Shown here: positions 37,501-51,900 of the stretch, piece after piece
Position numbering within the stretch: position 1 is the first letter of the stretch
Layout: every line of letters starts with the position of its first letter
Origin: Paraspadella gotoi
Taxonomy: Eukaryota > Animalia > Chaetognatha
Direction: 5' to 3'
Length of the DNA: 64,000 bases
Assembly: GCA_051294375.1 (NCBI GenBank)
Contig: JBJCIZ010000744.1
Location: forward strand, 2,091,402-2,155,401
Made by a program: the position numbers and the translations under genes
Notes under the pieces: generated by a model
The model's database searches: none
Told to the model about the DNA's origin: nothing
Seen by the model: the letters and a program-made list of their open reading frames with translations, nothing else

Positions 37501-40500
37501 AGTTGGAAAGCAGAACCAAACCACCACTTCAAGATGCGTTCTTGTTCTCCTCCGGTATCGAGGATCTGGGTGTATAACATGACTTTACCTCTCTGTCTCT
37601 CTCGCCTCGCTCTCCACTCATCTCCTCTCTCTCAATCTGCTCGTCACACTCACGTCTCCGTGCGCTCTCACGTTTCCTCGATTTTCCATCGCATTTGCGT
37701 CGGCGATCTACTCATTACCGTCTCTCTCTTCTAATCGCGACAGACTTCAAAAAGGGCGGATAGAGATAAGCGAGTCGGCGAGGACCAGTTTCTGCGATTC
37801 GTTGTTTCTGCCTTTCCTGTTTCGTTGTTTCTTTGTTTCGTTGTTTTCTTGTTCTTTAGTTTTATTGTTATATTGTTTTTTTCTTCGCTTTTTTATGCTT
37901 AGCTATTTCACAGTTCCTATTTTTATGTCTTACGGGTTCTACTTGTTTCGTTAATTGTTCCGTTGTTTCTTTAGTTTGTTATTTTTTATTAATTTTTGCT
38001 GTTTTTATTTTTCACGGTTTTTTTTATCGGTGTTCGGCGAAAATGCAAAAAATGTTTTCTTGATCGATTTAATTACGTACGAATATTTTGAACATCTGTT
38101 TTTTTTCAATAAACATAGACAACGACGGGATTTTAACTGCCACAGTCAAAGTTAAATCAATCGCTCAATGAAGTGATTCCACTTGATTTCATTACATATT
38201 ATTAGTATACTTTAAGTATCTTTCTATGTCCCTAGTTAATTTATAAACCGCAAGTAACTCTTCAAGGATTAATTTGAACGCAAATCTAACTTTAGATACA
38301 TTTCACCTTTTCATATCATACAGTAAATTAGCCCAGGTCCAATCTCTTTTATGTTCATTGTTTCATTTTCATGTTCTCTACAAAATTCCTCATCAACCCC
38401 CCCAATTTTTTCACTCTGCCAGCCACAAACCCCACTCGCAACAGTTCCCCCCACGCCCCTTGTCCTCCTTAACCCCCCAGCAAAAGAACAGCCGCCCTTA
38501 CCTCCCCCCACCTCCCCCCCTCCAAACCCAACTTGCTTCTCGCTTGAATATGTGATAAAGGCGTTCGCGGGCAGCCAAAGCCTCGTCGTAGAAACTGGCA
38601 TATGGGCGGAAATTATTAATGATTTGGTTCCTGGCTCCCCACTCCTCTCTCTCTCTCTCTCTCATCTCTCTCCTCTCTCTCTCTCTCTCTGTCAAATCTT
38701 TTCTTTCTTCTTTTCTCTGTTCATAACCGTTCCTTTTTCTCTCTCTATCTCTCACACACTTCCTCTCTTTATCCTCTCTTTTTTTTTATTCTATCTTTCC
38801 CTCCCTCCCTCTCTCTCTTATACCTTCCTCTCCTTTAATCCTCTCTTTATTCCATCTCTTTTTTTTTATTCTCTTTCCCTCCCTCCCTCTTTCCGTCGTA
38901 AGAGAGCGTCAAGGTCTCTCCGCGCCCCGCACGGCCTGACGACGCCGCGGCGCCCGGCACACGCGGCGCCCGGCACCCGCCGGCGCGAATTGAATATCCG
39001 GGGGCCGGACGCAATCAAGTGTCTCAATGTTGTTGCTGATGTCCGACGAAGGGGGGCGTGGGGCGGGGAAGAAGGAGGGAGAGGAGAAGAGGAGTCGAAG
39101 GGAGGAAACGGCAGAGATGGTGAGAGTGAAGGTAAGGTGAGTAAACGATTGACCGCGTGGAGCCATGAGAGAGATGGGATAAGAAAAGTTGCGATGCGGG
39201 AGGAAAGTTGCGAAGTTTGGAAAGAGCTTAAAAGAGAAGAATGAATTTGCTAACTTGAATTCGTTGGTCGAATGCTGAGGCGATGATTTCGATATTGAAA
39301 ACAATTGTGGGCGAAGATATGCTGACCTCCCTATTTGTAAAGCGACGAAGATGAAATAGTAAGGCGTTTCGCTGCTTAAATAGTAAGCGTTCCGCCTTAC
39401 CCTATTTTATATTACATTCGTTTATTTTATCTAAGAAAACAAAGATCCAAGTGTTGAAAAGTAAAAAAGCGACCGCTCTGAAACTTTCATTTCGCTCCGC
39501 CTTTAAATAGGAATAGCAGCCTTTTTTAAAGTAGCAAGCCCTACGCTCTTTGAGAGCGGCGCGGGCCTACGCCTTTAATGAGCAAGGCGTCAGAGTGGGC
39601 AATTTACGCCGAGAACGGTTAAAGCGATCGCTGCGTACGAGAAGCGTTTTTTTTTTGTATTCCGTTTGCGGAAGGAAGTTTTAGAGGGAGATTTGTTAGG
39701 GGATTAGGGTTTTCAACTAAACCTGTCCTTTCTTTTCTTTTTTGGTTTTTTTAGTTTCTAAAGTTTGTTATTTTATCATTTTAAAAAAAAAGCAAAGACT
39801 GTGAAAAGACGAAGAGTATTACCGTCTCTACCGGACGGTTCGGAAAATAATTAATTTAAACTTAAATTACATTAAAATTAAAAGACAATGAAAAGTCAAT
39901 AGAAACTATAATGTCATACTATAATTTCTAAATTACAAGAACGCGTGTTGTTAATAAATCTTTTAAGTGTGAGTGAATTTGAAAATTTAATTTTCTTGAC
40001 AATGACGCGGAGAAAACCGTTTGTCTGTGGTTTGACTCCAGACCTTCAACGATAACATTTCAAAAAATCCGAAAAGTTCTTCAACGTCCGGAAGTCAAGC
40101 ATCAAGAAAACGCTTGATAGCATTGAAAATCTATTTAGTTTTGCTTGCCTAAAATTAAACCTGTCCTAAGGACCTGCAGACATGATAGCTTATTTATTTA
40201 ATGAGCTTTTATAGCAGGTTGTATTAATTTAAGTACTTTTATTTTGCTTTTTTTTGCCGACTATCTTAGAACCATTCCAAAAGTTCGATAGACTCTCTCT
40301 CGCGATTTCTATCGACAATTCTCAATTAGCCTTAGTATTTTGCAACAAGTTTCTTTTTTCTGGGAATTTAAGTTAGTTTTTGCAGTTTCGACTAGTATTG
40401 TGTCATTAACATCTTCATTTGATTTACTACTTCAATTGAAACTGCGAGGGGTCAGATTACTCTGGGAGTTTTAGTTTGAAAGCTTGTAGGGTTCTGCTTA

Positions 40501-42814
40501 TGATATTATTTTTGCAAGCACTGATGAAGGGCTCTAAGTGAAAACCGAAACATGGTCTGACTAAAATTTGGGTTGTCAATTAAATAAAACTGTTTTTGTC
40601 TAAGATTGATAGAAACTTTTTAGCACAACAGTTGGGGCAGGATAGTCTTATTTATTGACAAAAAGTTTAATTTTATATTTGGATTGCTACACATAAGAGT
40701 CAGCTAAGCCGCGCACAACCCAGCCAAATTTAAAAAACACGGCTTGTTCCCCCGCGCCTCTGGCTGGCGAAATTTTGTTTCCCGACTGCTGACTCCGTCC
40801 AGACGTTGACATTCGAAACGCGACAAGCGGAAAAAGGCAGATTCGCGCGAAAAAGTTTTTTTTTTTTTTTTGAATTTCGTTTTTCAACTTTCTGTTTGAA
40901 ATTTCCGAGAGTCAATTTTGAAAATGCGGTCGAAAGTCGCGTCCAACTGTTTCGGAGGAATGATGGTACGAGACTGTTTTCGAGCTATTACGGATGATCT
41001 TGAATTTGCAATACTACTTTGAATTAAGGAATATGTCACTTTCGGGATCTATTATTATCCGCTTGTCAGAGTTCTTGGCTTCCATACTACTTCTTTTTTT
41101 CATTTTCTGTTTTTCTGTTTTCAGGTTGGATAAAAAGCATATTCACTTTTATTATGGTAATGTATTTAATTTAATTATTTAATCTTCAAAGATCACGGAG
41201 AAATTTTACGCCGTCGTGTTAATGATATTCGTATTCAGCATATTTATGCACAAGACTTTTTGATTATAATGAAACTGTATCGAATTCGTCCTATTTCGTA
41301 TCAAATCATTATTAAACAGTATCAAATTGCTATCATTAAATATAAAATGATTTAAAATTTTATCCCGTTCGCCGATCGGAGGAGAAAAGAGAAGTTGAAC
41401 TGATCGACTCAACATTCTATGAGGATCACAAGATTCAGAAGAAAAGCTGCGCGATTTTTCGAGTTGAACGGACTTGATTATCAAATCGGTTTCATGATGT
41501 AGCAGAGAGAGAGAGGGAGGAGGAAGAGAGAGAGAGAGAGAGAGAGCCCCGATCCAAAAATATGCAAATGAGGATTCGAGGCTGCCGCGGGCGGGCCGAG
41601 GCGAGGAAGCGGCGGCGAGAATCACCAAGCTGAGAGGAAACAGACGGTTTGCGTGGAAGTTTTCATCGCAGATGCGAAAGGGAGTAGCAGAGAGCGGGGT
41701 TAGGAAGACGAGGTTGGTTGGTGAGCGAAAGGTGGTTTCGGCGTGTTTTAAACGGCATTTGGGGTGGTTATACTGAGATGAATAGTAGCGGGGGAGATTG
41801 AGGACAGCAGGAGCGGAGATGGAGCGACATGGAGCCAAAGATATAAAATTAAATTAAAAAATGGACTGAAAAAAAGCTAATTATAGCATAGATGCGGATC
41901 AAATGTCATAAAGAAAAAGATATTTATGCAGCAAGTTAATTAAGGCGATGCAGTTCAGGATTAAGAATGATGATAGTTATTCACGAGTTCATTCGATATT
42001 TTGAACCTCTGAGTTTGCACGTTAATTTAAAAATAAATATTAAACATTAATGACTGGATGAAAATGTTTTATTTTAAATCTATTCTGTGGTTTGGATTAT
42101 CAACTGGTTTATCAATTTGCCATTGCGGTCGTGTCCTCGCTTGTCGCTCGGCGCTTCGCCTTCCCAAGAATTCCGCCTTTCGTCATTTTCTTTTTCGTGT
42201 CCCGGTGTCTTCATGCATCCTTCAGGAAGTTGCCGCTTGTGTCCGCGAGCAAGTTGGACCGTAACTGCTGGCGACGTCGACGTCGTCGTCGTCATCACCC
42301 TATCTGTCGTTCGTGTCATCTCCGTCGTCGTCGTCGTTGTCTTCGTTGTTCGTCATCACCCTTATTGTCGTCTGTTGTCATCCTCCGTCGGTTCGTTCGT
42401 CGTTTGTCGTTTCGTTGTCGTCGTCCTCGTGGTTCGTACGGGACAAATTAGGCCGTTGGAATTTTTCGATTGCCGTTGTGAGTCGGAAACTTACGCAGAA
42501 GTCACGTGACTAACCTCGCCTGATCACGTGACTAACCTCGCCTGATCCACTGTGGTCGGCGATATCGATTTCGCTTCGCGACATTTTTTAACGGATTTTT
42601 AAAATACGGTTTGATCCAAGTGGAATTTGAATTGAAAATCTTATTGAGTAATACAAGGCAGAGCATTGGTTTCGGTGAATTAAAAAAAAAAAATCACAAT
42701 TCCGTGATATTTAATGAGGATGTGACACGTGACTCGAAGTTCTTCCACTCAACTTATCGTTCAAGCGAAAAAAAAAAAGGTTTTTGAATTCGAATCCGTC
42801 ACCGTTTTTTTTTA

Positions 42815-45800
42815 ATGGCGAGCGTGGTGGCGTTGGCAGAGGGTGGCGATGGAGAGGGGTGGCGGTGGGAGAGCGGCATTGGGCGGGCAGTGGCAGGGTG
42901 CGAAGGTGCCGTCGGTAGGGTGGGTAGAGCGGGTAGTGGGTCCGTTGTGGGAAATGGTTTTCGTCGTTGGGAAAAGCCTCGGGCTGCAGTGGCATCCAAT
43001 TTGATGGAGATAAAATTACTTTCTCAATGAACCTTAACGGTAAATTGATTATTTACAGAATTATTCTCTTTCTCTCGAAAACGACGCATACGTAGAAAAC
43101 GTATTTTTTAACCAAACTATATTTTTAATAAAAACAAAAAAATTGGAATTTATATTATCTTGCAAGTGTGATGGAGGCCTTAAACTACCCGAAGCCTGAC
43201 CAAAGTCAAGGGACAAGATAGCTTATTTATTAAAATTGGATGGATAATTTTTATATTTGGTTGTACAATTTCATATATATATATGTATAATAAAACACCG
43301 CGAAGACGTAATTTCCTATCGCTTTTTCATATCCTTAAACACAACGACAGGCGAAAACACAACGACGACAACAACGTCGAGCTCTGCCGGGAAAAAAAAA
43401 CCAAGTTTACAGAATCCGATGCTGAAAAACTTGTACGACGAGTGCAGTCGGAACTTGAAAGACAAAGTGCCACTGTCTTTCAGTCAGTTGTGGTTTATTT
43501 TTTCTCTTGAAAATGTTTTTCATTTCGCTATAATTTACAAATACTTATTATTGTTTAATTAATGAATAATTGATATCAATATCAGTATTGGTTATGCGGT
43601 TTGGGCGTCGGCGTGTTCCTGCTGACCAAATTCAAAACTTTCCCGCGAATGTTTTTCCATTTTAACCTTAATTAAATTTAAATTATCAATTAATTAAATT
43701 AAAAAATTTTTTAATTTAAAAATTAGGTTAAGGTGTCGGCATAGGGTGCCTAGATAGAACAGGAGGGATGTGGTTAGGGTTAGGTAAGAATAGGGTATGC
43801 GGATATTATTTAAAACAAGGTTAAATAATAAGGAATGACATTAGCCGCTTTTGGAAAATGAGAGGCCCGGAAAATGAACTTGCAAATCATTCGCGATTCT
43901 CGTCGCTTCTGCTTCTTATTTGTGGACGTGCTCGTCGACTGCCTCGTCGCCCGGGAAATTCCTCGGCAACACCTTTCGCGATGGGATCGCCAGCTCTTCC
44001 CCGCCGCCGGCCGCCGCCGCAAGCCGCAGACAACGCGACTCCGCCCTCAACTCACCTCTTTCTCTCGTTTTCGTGTGGCGAACTTACCCGCCGACTTCAA
44101 CGCGCTCCATTTCTCCCACCTCTTGTGGCTTCGTCTTCCGGGCTGCCTTTGTTCAATTTGCCCTCACCCTTCGCAAGCTTTGGCTTCGCCCGCGACGCGG
44201 AGTTGCGTTCCTTCCGCCGGCGTGGCGCGCGCCTCATTCTCGTATCGTCCCTCTTCATGCTCGACCCCACGAGCCTCTACGCCTTCGGATCGCGTCGCTG
44301 CTGGGCGCTGCGGTCCACGGCAGCTTCCTCCGGCGGCGGTGCCACGCTCGAATCTCCGCCTTCGCCGCCTACTGCATAAAGCATGCGGAGAGATCGTGGC
44401 CGGAGGCCTTCCGCAATTCCTCACCCAATTGCCTGATGACGAGCGCAAGGGAAACTCGGGTCTGCGCGCAATTGACGGACGTTGCAGAGGTTTCCGTCTG
44501 CCGGCTTCGGCGTGGACCATCGCGCTTTCCGGCAGTCGCTTAATTTCTCGTCGTCGACGACCGGCGCCTCTTTCATCGGGCGGCCTGGCTACCGACTTTC
44601 TCGCCGCCAGACGGCGTTCGTTGGCTTTCGTGGGTGAAGTGAGCTGCGCCGTCTGCGGCGGCCACGTGGGCTCGATCCTTCGCCCTATTACCATCGAATC
44701 GGGGAACAGCGTCTTACCCGGAGTCGCGCTGTCTCTCTTCCCCTCCTCTTCGCCTCGACCGGTGGCGACCTCTCGTCTGAGCGCTGCGTGATCGACCGGA
44801 GACGGAATCCGAATCGAGCTCGGAAATGGCTCGTGCACGGTGTGTTCGTCGGTCTTCTGCGCTTCCAAGGTCGCCAACCATGCTCGTCCTCTGGCTCCTC
44901 TTCTTCCTCGACGGCTTCCTTTCCGAGGATCGCCAAACTCTCCAGCAACAACAGGCGTCGTCCACTTTCTTTCTTGCTTACTTTGTTTTTCTCCTTTCCT
45001 CTCAGTTCGTTTTTAGGGTGCCGTCGTTGTTTTGGTGGGACGAATCCAGCATGAGCAGTGTGAGGTTGCGGGGGGAGGGGTGCGGAAGAATGGGAGTTAT
45101 CAAAGAGGAAACCAAAATTGCTTTGTGTGTTCGTGTTCAGATCGGACCACAAACATTTCCTCTTTGTCCTTCTTCATGGCATTTTATAAAATAAATTTAT
45201 TTTCACTCGATGACCCAAACTTATAAATTTTAATTACTACGATTTCAAACCTCTATTAATTTCTTTTTAAATTTAGACCCAAACCTAATTAATTTTTGTT
45301 GATTATGACCATAACTTAATATATTTTTTTTATTGACGCCAAACTTGAATGATTTCATTTCATTATGACCCAAACGCTAATTAACCTTTACTTTGATTTT
45401 CGAATTTATTAACCCGAACTTAATCAACTAAGCTGACCCAAAATGCACCCAAACTTGACCCAAAACTGCACCAAAATGACCCAAACTCGACTTCTCCACC
45501 CAGGAGGTCTCGTTACGACGTCTTCGAATATACTCTGTTCCGCCGGGGCTCGAGTTCATCGAGGAACGGACGACGAAGCAGAGAGAGCAGAGAGACGAGA
45601 CATCGCGAGAGCGAGAGGGCAGGAGAAACGCAAAGAGAGGAGACGCCGGAGAAAGAGTTTCTCCTTGAATTGGATGGAGAGGACAGAGACGACGAACAAC
45701 GACGACAACGACCTACATTGGCGCCAAATCCCGGGCGTCACTTCACGCCAGCCGTCTGGTCTTCCTCGTCTCCGACGCGCTGGCGCAAAGACGACTCGGA

Positions 45801-48480
45801 TTGCGTTGTCGAGTCGCCGTCGTCGCGTCGTCGTCGCCTTTCGTCTTCGCCGTTGGCGTGACGTTGTGCGCCGATCTCCGTGGCGCAGGTTCGGGCTACG
45901 AGCTTCAAGCTACGAGTCGTTGCGATTCGGAACGCTCGACTTCGCTGGTGGCGCAGAAGAGGGAGTACGGACGTGTCGAAAAAAAGTTTTCAGTACGCAC
46001 ATAATGATTATCATTAGGCAAATTTCGTATTTTTTTATTAATTGAAGAACTTTCATGTAAAAGTTTTAAACGTAAGATATAAATAATATCTTAAGTAATT
46101 GTTAATGAAATGATTCCAATTTTATTCAACTTCAAAAAGTGAAAATAATATGCATATCACGTGAGAATGATAGAACCAGTCCTTGCGAGAGTTGCACTAA
46201 AAATTACAGACTGGGAGAGGAGTCTTGATTGAAAGCTCGCCAAAGTCCTGCTATGTCAGAGGGATAGAGGCCTGTCCAAAGTCAAAGGGTAAGTGAGCTT
46301 GCTTATTGAATAAATGATTAATTTTATATTTAGTCATAATCAAAAAATTAGTCAATTTTTATGCGTTTTTAAAATTTTTAGATAGGATTTTACAATTTTT
46401 TCTTTTATTTTTATTTTTTTAATTTTTGCTTTTTGTGTTGTTGTTGTTGTTGTTGTTGCTTGTATCTGTTGTTGTTGTCTGTTTGTTCACTGTTGTTGTT
46501 GTTGTTGTCTCTCTATCTTTTATCTCCCTTATCTTTTCGCCGCTTTCTCCCACCCTTCATCAAACTCCCCCCTCTCTCCCCAAGGGGGACCTGGGCGATC
46601 GATCTGCGTGGGAGGCGTCTCGCAGCCGACTAGCGTGAAGAGGATCGTCCCCTGTGCGTGATCCTGCCGAGGCCCGTCAAATTGGGTGCAGAGGATCGAC
46701 GCCATTTGCGGTTTCGCAAGCGGCCGGACGTGAGCCCCGCCTCTCCGCCTTTTCGTTCGCTTCCGCTCTGCCTCGGCGGAACGAGGAGAGGCCTGCAGCG
46801 ATTGTAAGCAAGTTCGGGTGGGAATCGGCTGCCCTTCGAGTGTGCCACGCTCGGCAAGAGGCTCCACTTCGTCGCGACTGTTCTTTGACTCACGAGCGGA
46901 GGTGAGTTGTTTTGGGTTGGATGCTCTTCGTTGTCTTTGTCGTCCCACGGGTCCTTCCTTTGATATCACTGTTTTTTAAAAACTGTTCACAAATTTCAAT
47001 CAAAATCACTTATTTCATTCGCGAAATATGAAATAAATTTTCAAAATATTATTCATTATTTCCTGACGCGACTTCAACATTAAAACTCCTCAAAGCATTT
47101 TCTTCATTTCTTCACATTCACTCGATTTTTTTTTTTTTTTACTTTGACAAAATTTTACCGACGTTAATTCAATTTAATGCAACAAATTAAATAACTTGCT
47201 TTCTCTAAATGTTTCGCTAAATCAATCCACTCTCTCGAATTTCTCACAAAATGTCAACAACCCTCTTCCATTTTAACAATTTTTTCACAAAAACAAACAT
47301 CGGGATGTTCCAGGAATCACAAGTTTCTCCCTTACCCCCCCACCCACTTAGACTCTCCTTCGCCGCGGTCGAGGCGCCGCTGCGACCGAAACGGCGCCGC
47401 CGGACGCCTGCGCCGCTCGGGCGGTCACGCGGCGACGCTGAGCACGCCGGCGGCTAGACGGCGGAGGTCCTGTCTCGGTATGCGCCTGCGTGCAAGATCC
47501 TTATGTACGCGTGGGGCTGAGGGAGGGACCGAGAAGCATGCGGTTGGCAGTGGGAGGACGGATCGAGGTTGGGTCCGGACGCATCCGCGTGTGGCGAGAG
47601 GAGACGGATAGAAGAGCAGACTGAAGACGATGACGCCTCATCGACCGTCGACGGACGAACTCCACGACGAAGGGGCACAGTAATGGGGGAAAAGGGTCCT
47701 TATATTATCCCGAATCGACCCATCAGATTTAAATTTAAAAGGTAAAGTTATGATGTTTTTAGGTTTAATAAAGTTAATATAAATTAGAGTGAGTGAAGGA
47801 TCTTGAATGCCGTAAACCCACCATTAAACTTTGTAAAGTCAGGGGGCAAAATAGGCTTGTTTAATGAGAGAATTGATTGATTCTATATCGCGGTTGTCCT
47901 AATTTCTCATAGTATTTGACTAATTGTCAATTATTTACTTACAAAATTCATTTCTTCTCTTTAAAGGGGCGAAATACGGCGTTCGTCTTGCGAAATACCT
48001 GCCCGCCCACGAATCCTGGCTGCGTCGCTCGACGCCGGCCGATTCTCTTCCTCCACGCCGGCCGGACGCGTCCATCGGTCGCGGCGTCGGGTCGACAGCA
48101 ACTGCGACGAGCGCCGCTGGCCTCTGCCGGGCGTCTCGGTGACGGAGGCTCCTCGCTCGAGTTCGCGTTGACAGGCGGCGGTGCGCGCAGGCGACGCTCT
48201 CTGCGTCAAGGCTTTTAACGGCTGGCGCGAGATGGGCACGCTGCGGCAGACCCGGAGTCGGCTTGCCGGTTGGGGATGAACGATAACGATTCCGTGGTTG
48301 TGGAATTGCGAGCGGAGCGGAGCTGGCGGGACCGTGTGTGAGGCGGCGGACTGGGAGGCCGCGGCAGCCGGATTGGGAAGAGCGGCGACTCGGTACGGAT
48401 CAATGCGACGGAAGTTTGCAGGACGAGGATGGAAGGCGAGGAGGATGACCGCTGTGCTTGAACGGTTGCGCGGGCGAAGG
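42815..48480 (+). other. frameshift-ridden duplicate of the XKR-SRCR-CTLD gene; uncorrected-read copy more likely than a pseudogene
   Basis: Same exons as 57498-62648 with dense random indels; supplies the CTLD2 sequence hidden by the 62649-63041 gap. Confidence 0.8.
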
Positions 48481-48862
48481 TGGACGAGCATGGCTGGGGG
48501 TGGTTGTGGTGAGGGGGGGAAGAGCAGATTCTTATCAACCGACAAATTCGACGATTGTGAAATGTTGGATTTCTTTAAATAGTTTAAAGGCTTTTAAAAT
48601 TATATAATAAAGAAAAAGGGTGAACGCACGCTTTCTCTCTCTCTCTCTCTTCTCTCTCTCTCTTCTCTCTCTCTCTCATCAATCTCTCTTACTACCTCAA
48701 AACGTATTATTATGTTATTGACTTCTTGGTTTCAGTTGTTTTATGATTTTACAGATTATATTGCAGTTTTTGCATTTCTTGCATTTTGAGCATTTTCAAA
48801 CTCAGATATTGGAGAAAGCGCGCAGGAGAAAGAAACGTTACATGTTTCTTTTACTCTTCCTT

Positions 48863-48899
<37 letters not shown>

Positions 48900-49610
48900 T
48901 CGTCCACTTACGTCACTCTGTGGGACCTCCTATTGTCTTTAGCGCCGAAGAGGCTGCCGTCGCGAGGGCTAGCCGTCGGAATGGGGGACCCCGCGCCGCC
49001 GCCGCCCGCCGCCCGCCGCCCGCCGCCGCCGCCGACTAATTGGATCGTTTATAGATCAGCTAGTTTCTTGATTCTTTGATGTGCGTCGGACGCTGGAGGA
49101 GGCAGGAAGAGGAGAGGAGGAAGTAGGAGGAGGAGGTGGGAGCGGATCAAGTTTAGTCCTCACCATTTTACATCGCTTTACAATGTAAAGTATAATGTAC
49201 TTAAAATCGTAGTTGGTAAGTTAATAATACAATATACATATAATGAGGCATCAGTAGATATTCAATTTTGGACGCCCACAGTTACGAAGAAAATAGATAT
49301 TTAGCATTTAGTCCTATGAAGCCAAAACGATTCGCAAATTAATAAACAGTTTAGAATTTATTAAAACTAATATTAACTGATTATATTATTTTTACTAGAA
49401 AATAAAATACCTGAAAAAAAAACGTGAGTTTCTGAACTTATTGATTTATACCCAATTTCATAACAATAAAATATACAACACTAAAGCTGAAAAAAAAGAA
49501 GAGAAAATTAAATAACGTAAATTTTCACAAAAACTTTTTTCTTTCTTTTCCGTCCGGAGGGTGGATTTCATCTCTCTCTCTTTTGGAGTATTCGAATGAA
49601 CGACCCGATC

Positions 49611-49757
49611 ATGCCACATCCACGTCGCGTCTTTTCTTCTTCTCGTCTTCGCAATTTCCTCGTCCAAAGAAGACGAGAGAATTCTTCCTTCGTTTTCTGA
49701 TTTGCATATTCAAAACGAGGCTTTTACAATCCACGCCAAGAAGATGTGGTTCCGAGG
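49611..49757 (+). CDS. possible first exon of a secreted protein (needs one indel correction)
   Basis: ATG, then in a shifted frame HIHVASFLLLVFAISSSKEDERILPSFSDLHIQNEAFTIHAKKMWFR, ending G|gtacac; signal-peptide-like. Confidence 0.35.
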
Positions 49758-49784
49758 GTACACGAGGAAAGATGGGGGGGTTTG

Positions 49785-49820
<36 letters not shown>

Positions 49821-51559
49821 NNNNNNNNNNNNNNNNNNNNNNNNNATTTAAAAAGGTAAAAGTGTCAAATCGCCCCACAATTGGTGTGGTTTCCATTTAC
49901 CAAAAAAATAGGAAACATTCGTCCTTTTGGGTGGACTATTCCACTACTATACCGTCGCTCCAAACTAAAAAAAAAAATAAAAAAGCATTAATTTTCCCGC
50001 AAAAACTCACCCTTTCCCATATCCCGTCTATCGCAACGAACTCTTTACCCCCTCTTTTCTTCACTGACAGAAGAAGAGAGGAGAAGAGCCTACCACCCGT
50101 CAATCGCCCCACCCTTTCGCCCTTCCCGCCCTCGCCCTTCGCCCTATCCTTCCCCCCAAACCACGCCCTTCTTTCGCCCTAACCTTCCGCCCTCACCCTT
50201 CTCCCTTCTCTCTCGCTCTCCCTCCCGTGTTCCCCTTTCCTTTCTTCGCCCGCTTCCTCTCGCCTCACCCTCTTCCCCAGCCCTCACACCCCTTCATCTC
50301 CCCCCTCACCCAGCCCCCCATTCAACCGCCCCCAACCTCACCCTTCCCCCCGCCCTTCCCGCCTCTCCTCTCTCCTCTCTCTTCCCTCTCGCCCTCCACC
50401 CACCCTTCGCCCCTCACCCTTTCGCCTCATCCCTTCGCCCTGCCACCCTTCGCCCTCACCCTCCCTCACTCTTCGCCCTCACCCTTCAAACCTCACCCTT
50501 GTGTCCCTCACCCCGTCGAGGGATATGGTCACTCGCGATTTACACTCATCAACAAATATCTCGAAACACTTGTGGGTCGAAAAGCGTAACGTTGGGGGGG
50601 GGAGTGAAAAAAAAACGGGAAAAAGCTGACTTCACTGACTTTAACCATAAGGGATTTACTCGAAACGAGGAACGCCTGATTATCTCCTCTTCTCCAGCTA
50701 CTACTCCTCTCTCTCTCGTCTCCTCTCTTACTCTACCTACTCTCTCCCTGCTCTCTATCTGTCTCTCTCTCTCTTCTCCGTTCTTGTAACTACGACAGGC
50801 TTGGCTACAGCCAGCTTTCTTAAACTGCGGCGGAGCACTGCACCAAGCCCCACAGGGAGACCGTCGCAGCGCCATTTCTTTTCTATGGCGGCGTTATCAT
50901 CCCCTTCCTTCGCCGCCGGTCCCGAAAGACTCTTCGGTAATACCGCCTCCTTCAGGAACGCGTTATTTCACGTCCTCGGCCTCTCTTTCTCTCTCTCCTC
51001 TCTTCTCTCTCTCTCATCTCTCTTCTTCTCTCTCTCTCTCTCTACTCTCCTTTGATAAGAGCAATGAGTCCGGAAAAGTATAGAGAATTCCTCTGAATCC
51101 GTTGTAAAGGCAAGAATCCCCCTCTTCTTCTCGTCTCTCTCTCTCTCTCTCTTGCTCTCTCTCTCTCTCTCTCTCTTCGTACTTCTTCTTCTTTCGATCG
51201 AAAACGTGTAACGTGCCTCGTACGCGTTTTCAGTTACATATATTACGTTCGTGTGGGTCGTTGTCGATGAGGTTTAAACGAGAAACAAGGTTGGTTGTTG
51301 CGTGGGATGAGACGAAGAGAAGAATAGAGGAAAAGAGTTTAAAACATAAAAATAATAAGAAAGATTTTTTTTAAAAACTGTGTATAGGGAAGACCTTAAG
51401 GGAAGATTTTAAGTAGTTTTCTTACAGTTTCTTTTTTTAAAACGAGAAATAATGCATTTGAAAATCTAACACCAAACATATGTACTGACCTTGACCATGT
51501 CATACTAAGAAAAGAGAAATTAGAATACTAGAATGACTTCTCTCAACTTTGACATTCCT

Positions 51560-51900
51560 GTACCGTCGAAATGTCCTGTCCTATAAATGTATATTATTAC
51601 ATGACGAGAATGTCACCTCCACGGGCGAAAAACGAGCGTTGTAATTCCAAAACAAAGAAATCCCCGAGATGTCACAACTGTCTAGCGAAGATGTGATTGT
51701 GTAGAACGACATGGCCGAGTGTTTTTAAACTAGTGAATGCCCGGGAGAACGTCCACTTCACTCACAAATGACGATGGTTGAAGTATTGCGCAGGATCAAC
51801 GACATGCCCGAGAACGTCACATCCCTTCAACAAATGGACCTAGTCGGAGTATTCGAGGGGGGAGATGCAACACAGGAGGCGCGCGAGAACGTCCACATGC
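51560..51900 (+). repeat. degenerate repeat with core (c)cgagaa(c/t)gtcac, potentially encoding PENVT; also at ~36790-37145
   Basis: Core recurs near 51605, 51664, 51744, 51808 and 51884 in noisy sequence. Confidence 0.5.

Larger units (their letters stand above)
35480..49820. repeat. copy 1 of a ~14.4-kb tandem block (error-rich)
   Basis: Colinear with 49846-64000; the differences are almost all small indels. Confidence 0.93.

Noticed and set aside
43874-45060. XKR pseudogene
   Set aside because: The uniform indel-dominated divergence, also present in non-coding DNA, is typical of uncorrected long reads.
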